Assembly (NCBI GenBank): GCA_963668625.2
Contig: CAXXKA010000010.1
Location: 1-64,000 of the forward strand
Origin: an uncultured candidate division Zixibacteria bacterium
GTDB taxonomy: Bacteria; Zixibacteria; MSB-5A5; UBA10806; 4484-95
DNA length: 64,000 bases
Reading direction: 5' to 3'
The translations under genes were made by a program, and so were the position numbers. This document shows, piece after piece, positions 60,776 through 64,000 of this stretch; position 1 is the stretch's first letter; every line of letters begins with the position of its first letter. The notes beneath the pieces are model-generated. The model did not search any database. It saw only the letters and a program-made list of their open reading frames with translations, and was not told the DNA's origin.

Positions 60776-62527
60776 ATGCCGGTTATGAATCAGAATTATA
60801 AACACATCATTAAGTTCGACCGAGAATTTTTTACCGGTAAAGAAAATTTTACCTACATCGGTGGCGGTTCGCTTGGCGGCAAAGCCCAGGGGCTAGCCAG
60901 GATGCAGGATATATTGGTCGAGAAGATGAGAGATAAATACGCGCCTCTGGTTACCGTGAATATCCCCACATTGACCGTCATCGCGACTGATTATTTCGAT
61001 CAGTTCATGAAAACGAATGAGCTCTACGAGATAGCTTTCTCCGATATTCGCAACGATCGCCTGGCGCATGCTTTTCAGAAAGCCAGCTTACCGCCGCAAT
61101 TGGTCGGTGATCTCAGGGCGCTGGTAGATCAGGTTCATCAACCACTGGCGATTCGTTCCTCCAGTATGCTGGAGGACGCCATGTTCGAGCCGTTCGCCAG
61201 TGTTTATGCCACCAAGATGATTCCAAATAACCAGTTCGATGCCGATACGCGATTCCGCAAGCTGGTGGAGGCGGTTAAATTCATTTATGCCTCGACTTTT
61301 TTCAAAGATGCTAAAAACTATATCCAGATGACCAGCCATACAACCCGTGATGAGAAGATGGCGGTGGTAATTCAGGAGGTGATGGGCAAGCGCTACGGCG
61401 AGAGGTTTTATCCCCATATATGTGGTGTCGCTCGTTCATATAATTTCTATCCCACCGGCCATGCTAAACCGGAGGATGGCATTATCGACCTGGCGCTGGG
61501 GCTGGGCAAGAGTATCGTGGATGATTCCATTGCCTGGTCGTATTCGCCGAAATACCCGAAATCCGACCCGCCGTATAATAGCATAAACGAATTGCTTAAA
61601 TTCAGCCAGACGGAATTCTGGTGCGTGAACATGGGCAAACCGCCGGCGTTCGATCCTGTCAACGAGACGGAATTCATGTTCAGGCATAATATCGCCGAGG
61701 CCGAAGCCGACGGCACGCTCAAATATATAGCCTCGACATATAACGCGCAGAACGATAGAATCGTAACCGGCACCGGTGTCAAAGGACCGCGGTTGCTTAA
61801 TTTCGCGTCGTTAATCAGGGCGGGGCAGATTCCGCTTAATGAGATGCTCAAAGACATGCTAAAACTGTGCGAGGATGTTTTGGGAACGCTGGTGGAGATC
61901 GAATTCGCGGTTACCCTTGATGACAAAGGCTGCGCCCCGGCACGGTTCGGTTTTCTGCAAGTAAGGCCGATGGTGGTATCTAACGAGGAAATAGATGTCG
62001 ATGAGCACGAGTTGCTTTCTGAAAAAGTATTAGCGGGGGCACAGAATGTACTTGGCAACGGCGTGGTCGAAACCATAGCTAATATCGTCTACGTGAAAAA
62101 AGAAAATTTCGAGGCCCGACATACGCAGACTATCGCTAACCAATTGGAGAAGTTCAATCGTGAGCTGGTGCAGAAAAGAGAGCCTTACTTGCTCATAGGT
62201 TTCGGCAGATGGGGTACCTCTGATCCTCAGGGAGGTATACCGGTCAATTTCGGGCAGATATCCGGCGCCAAGGTTATTGTCGAGTCTACCCTGCCCCAGA
62301 TGGATTTCATAATGAGTCAGGGGTCGCATTTTTTCCACAATATCACCAGTTTCAAAGTATTCTATTTCTCGATAGATCATTGGGGCCAGAACCAAATCGA
62401 CTGGCAATGGCTCGAAAGCCAGGAGATAGTGAGTGAAACCGAATTTATCAAACAGGTCAAGCTTAAAGCTCCGTTAACCATAAAAGTTGACGGCAGATGC
62501 GGGAGAGGAGTCATCATTCATGACTGA
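60776..62527 (+). CDS. PPDK/PEPS N-terminal ATP-grasp protein with divergent swivel-His domain and no pyruvate barrel
   Basis: LGGKAQGL, PLAIRSSS.LED, MAVVIQE, GLG..IVD, EIEFA, LQVRP; C-terminal SQGSHFF and IKVDG. Confidence 0.8.
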   Translation: MPVMNQNYKHIIKFDREFFTGKENFTYIGGGSLGGKAQGLARMQDILVEKMRDKYAPLVTVNIPTLTVIATDYFDQFMKTNELYEIAFSDIRNDRLAHAFQKASLPPQLVGDLRALVDQVHQPLAIRSSSMLEDAMFEPFASVYATKMIPNNQFDADTRFRKLVEAVKFIYASTFFKDAKNYIQMTSHTTRDEKMAVVIQEVMGKRYGERFYPHICGVARSYNFYPTGHAKPEDGIIDLALGLGKSIVDDSIAWSYSPKYPKSDPPYNSINELLKFSQTEFWCVNMGKPPAFDPVNETEFMFRHNIAEAEADGTLKYIASTYNAQNDRIVTGTGVKGPRLLNFASLIRAGQIPLNEMLKDMLKLCEDVLGTLVEIEFAVTLDDKGCAPARFGFLQVRPMVVSNEEIDVDEHELLSEKVLAGAQNVLGNGVVETIANIVYVKKENFEARHTQTIANQLEKFNRELVQKREPYLLIGFGRWGTSDPQGGIPVNFGQISGAKVIVESTLPQMDFIMSQGSHFFHNITSFKVFYFSIDHWGQNQIDWQWLESQEIVSETEFIKQVKLKAPLTIKVDGRCGRGVIIHD

Positions 62528-64000
62528 TCAAACGAATCATTCGGAAAATCTTCTCTGGTTTTTCCAGGAACGAGCTAAAGAGCTTAACTGTATTTACCAG
62601 ATAGAGGAGATACTGAACGAACCCGAGGCTGATCTTGAGAAAGTATGTAACGGTATTATCGAGGCCATACCTCCGGGCTGGCAATATCCTGATGTTTGCC
62701 AGGTGAAGATTCTCATTCACAGCGAGTGTTACAAATCGCCGGATTTCGAAGAATCTAAATGGCAGCAGAAAGCCGATATAAAAGCGCAAGATGAAAAGAT
62801 CGGTGAGATCGGTGTATATTACACCAAGGAGATGCCGACGGCGGATGACGGGCCGTTCCTCAAGGAGGAAACCAAGCTATTGCAGACTATCGCCGATCGG
62901 CTGGGACATTTCATAACATTTAAAATGATGCGCCAGGTATTTCGAGATTACAGGGTCGCCGAAAAGGAACTTCACGAAAACAAAATAGAGGAATGGCGAG
63001 TAATCGTGAACCTTCTCCAGAGAACCGACAAAGATCTATACGCAAACCTGTCTCGTAAAGTTTTTCACCTGCTCTGCTGGAGCGGCATCGAAGAAGCTAT
63101 TCAACTGCAAAAAGAGATCGATACGATAAGCGGCGTTTTGGAGGATGATTCGACCTCGGATGACAATCGTCCCGGCAAACGCGGTATGAAATATTTTACC
63201 ACCGAACAATGCGAACAGGTATTCACCATTGCCGCCCGTCATCTGAGCAACGAGCAATTGCTGGCGAATATCCAGAAATGGATGCAGGAGGATAAGCTCG
63301 GTTTCCTGATGAAGGTAGTTAACCGCAATCTCTCGCTGGCCGAGGTTGCCGACGCGCTAAGACGCTACTACCATATCGATCCCGAGGGCAAGGAATTACC
63401 CGAAGTCAACGGCAGGGGAGTCACGGTTTCGTTAACCAGGCGTTTTCTATCCGGGCAGCTTAATTTTATTAATGTAGCCAAACAGTATTTGCGCGTGAGT
63501 GATTTCTATAAACTGGTTGATAAGATTCTATTCCTGACCGAGAGCCACGGTAAATTGGGCGGCAAAAGCGCCGGATTGATTTTAGCCCAGCAGATTTTGC
63601 AAAACTCCGATGAGTATACAGAGCAATTAAAAAATATCAAAGTACCTAAAACCTGGTATATTTCCTCCGATGTTTTACTCGGTTTTCTGAGTTATAACGG
63701 TTTGGATGAGGTCGTAGAGCAAAAATATAAAGATATCAACCAGATCCGTCTGGAATATCCTCATGTAGTCCAGACATTCAAAAACTCGCGCTTTCCTCCG
63801 GAGATAATAAACGGTCTTTCGATGGTGCTGGATGAGCTAAGCGATAAGCCGCTAATAGTGCGAAGCTCCAGTTTACTCGAGGATCGTATGGGGGCTGTTT
63901 TCTCGGGAAAATATAAGAGCTTGTTTATCGCCAACCAGGGCACCAAGAGCCAACGGCTGGAGGCATTAACCGATGCTATTACGGAGGTGTACGCCTCGAT
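62520..64000 (+). CDS. GAF-like plus PPDK_N ATP-grasp protein, partial (runs off the window; absent from the ORF track)
   Basis: ATG 62520; MTDQTNHSENLLWFFQERAKELNCIY...GWQYP...GPFLKEE; later GKLGGKSAGL and PLIVRSSSLLED..FSGKYKS. Confidence 0.85.
   Translation, partial: MTDQTNHSENLLWFFQERAKELNCIYQIEEILNEPEADLEKVCNGIIEAIPPGWQYPDVCQVKILIHSECYKSPDFEESKWQQKADIKAQDEKIGEIGVYYTKEMPTADDGPFLKEETKLLQTIADRLGHFITFKMMRQVFRDYRVAEKELHENKIEEWRVIVNLLQRTDKDLYANLSRKVFHLLCWSGIEEAIQLQKEIDTISGVLEDDSTSDDNRPGKRGMKYFTTEQCEQVFTIAARHLSNEQLLANIQKWMQEDKLGFLMKVVNRNLSLAEVADALRRYYHIDPEGKELPEVNGRGVTVSLTRRFLSGQLNFINVAKQYLRVSDFYKLVDKILFLTESHGKLGGKSAGLILAQQILQNSDEYTEQLKNIKVPKTWYISSDVLLGFLSYNGLDEVVEQKYKDINQIRLEYPHVVQTFKNSRFPPEIINGLSMVLDELSDKPLIVRSSSLLEDRMGAVFSGKYKSLFIANQGTKSQRLEALTDAITEVYAS

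Noticed and set aside
60776-64000. Annotation as ordinary ppsA/ppdK
   Set aside because: The complete 583-aa protein lacks the pyruvate-binding barrel; the second protein is truncated by the window and has an extra sensor domain.

Overview
Gene-dense 64 kb chromosomal window from a diderm bacterium, probably FCB-group. T9SS-type C-terminal sorting domains, porU/porV, GldA/F/G and a DGGGP-synthase-like UbiA point that way; Zixibacteria-like is an inference only. Contents in order: a PLP gamma-lyase; a Wzi-like gene plus an internally deleted duplicate flanking an AT-rich glycosyltransferase; two copies of a 255-bp MITE with 14-bp TIRs and 9-bp TSDs; a gldA-gldF/G-DUF4340 ABC operon; a lipid A operon (lpxA-gnnA-like-lpxB-lpxJ-like-waaA-lpxK) joined to nadB-guaA; small metabolic genes; a large T9SS-related operon (porU, porV with a ~530-aa propeller/LysM-like insert, M6 protease, SprA-related barrel, Omp85, UbiA); a deletion scar; an S8 protease; a TPR/small exported peptide/divergent ECF-sigma-like triplet; a TonB receptor behind a His-rich RSPP uORF and a DtxR-type box; a thermonuclease; and a glutamate dehydrogenase locus. 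The best candidates for undescribed systems are (1) the gdh locus: active GdhA, RR/HK, a GDH paralogue lacking catalytic Lys/Asp, and two dikinase-like ATP-grasp proteins, one sharing its N-terminal sensor domain with the HK; (2) the TPR-peptide-sigma triplet; (3) the LysM-bearing PorV; (4) the RSPP uORF attenuator. No rRNA, tRNA or CRISPR array was seen. All calls come from reading motifs by eye; no database searches were run.
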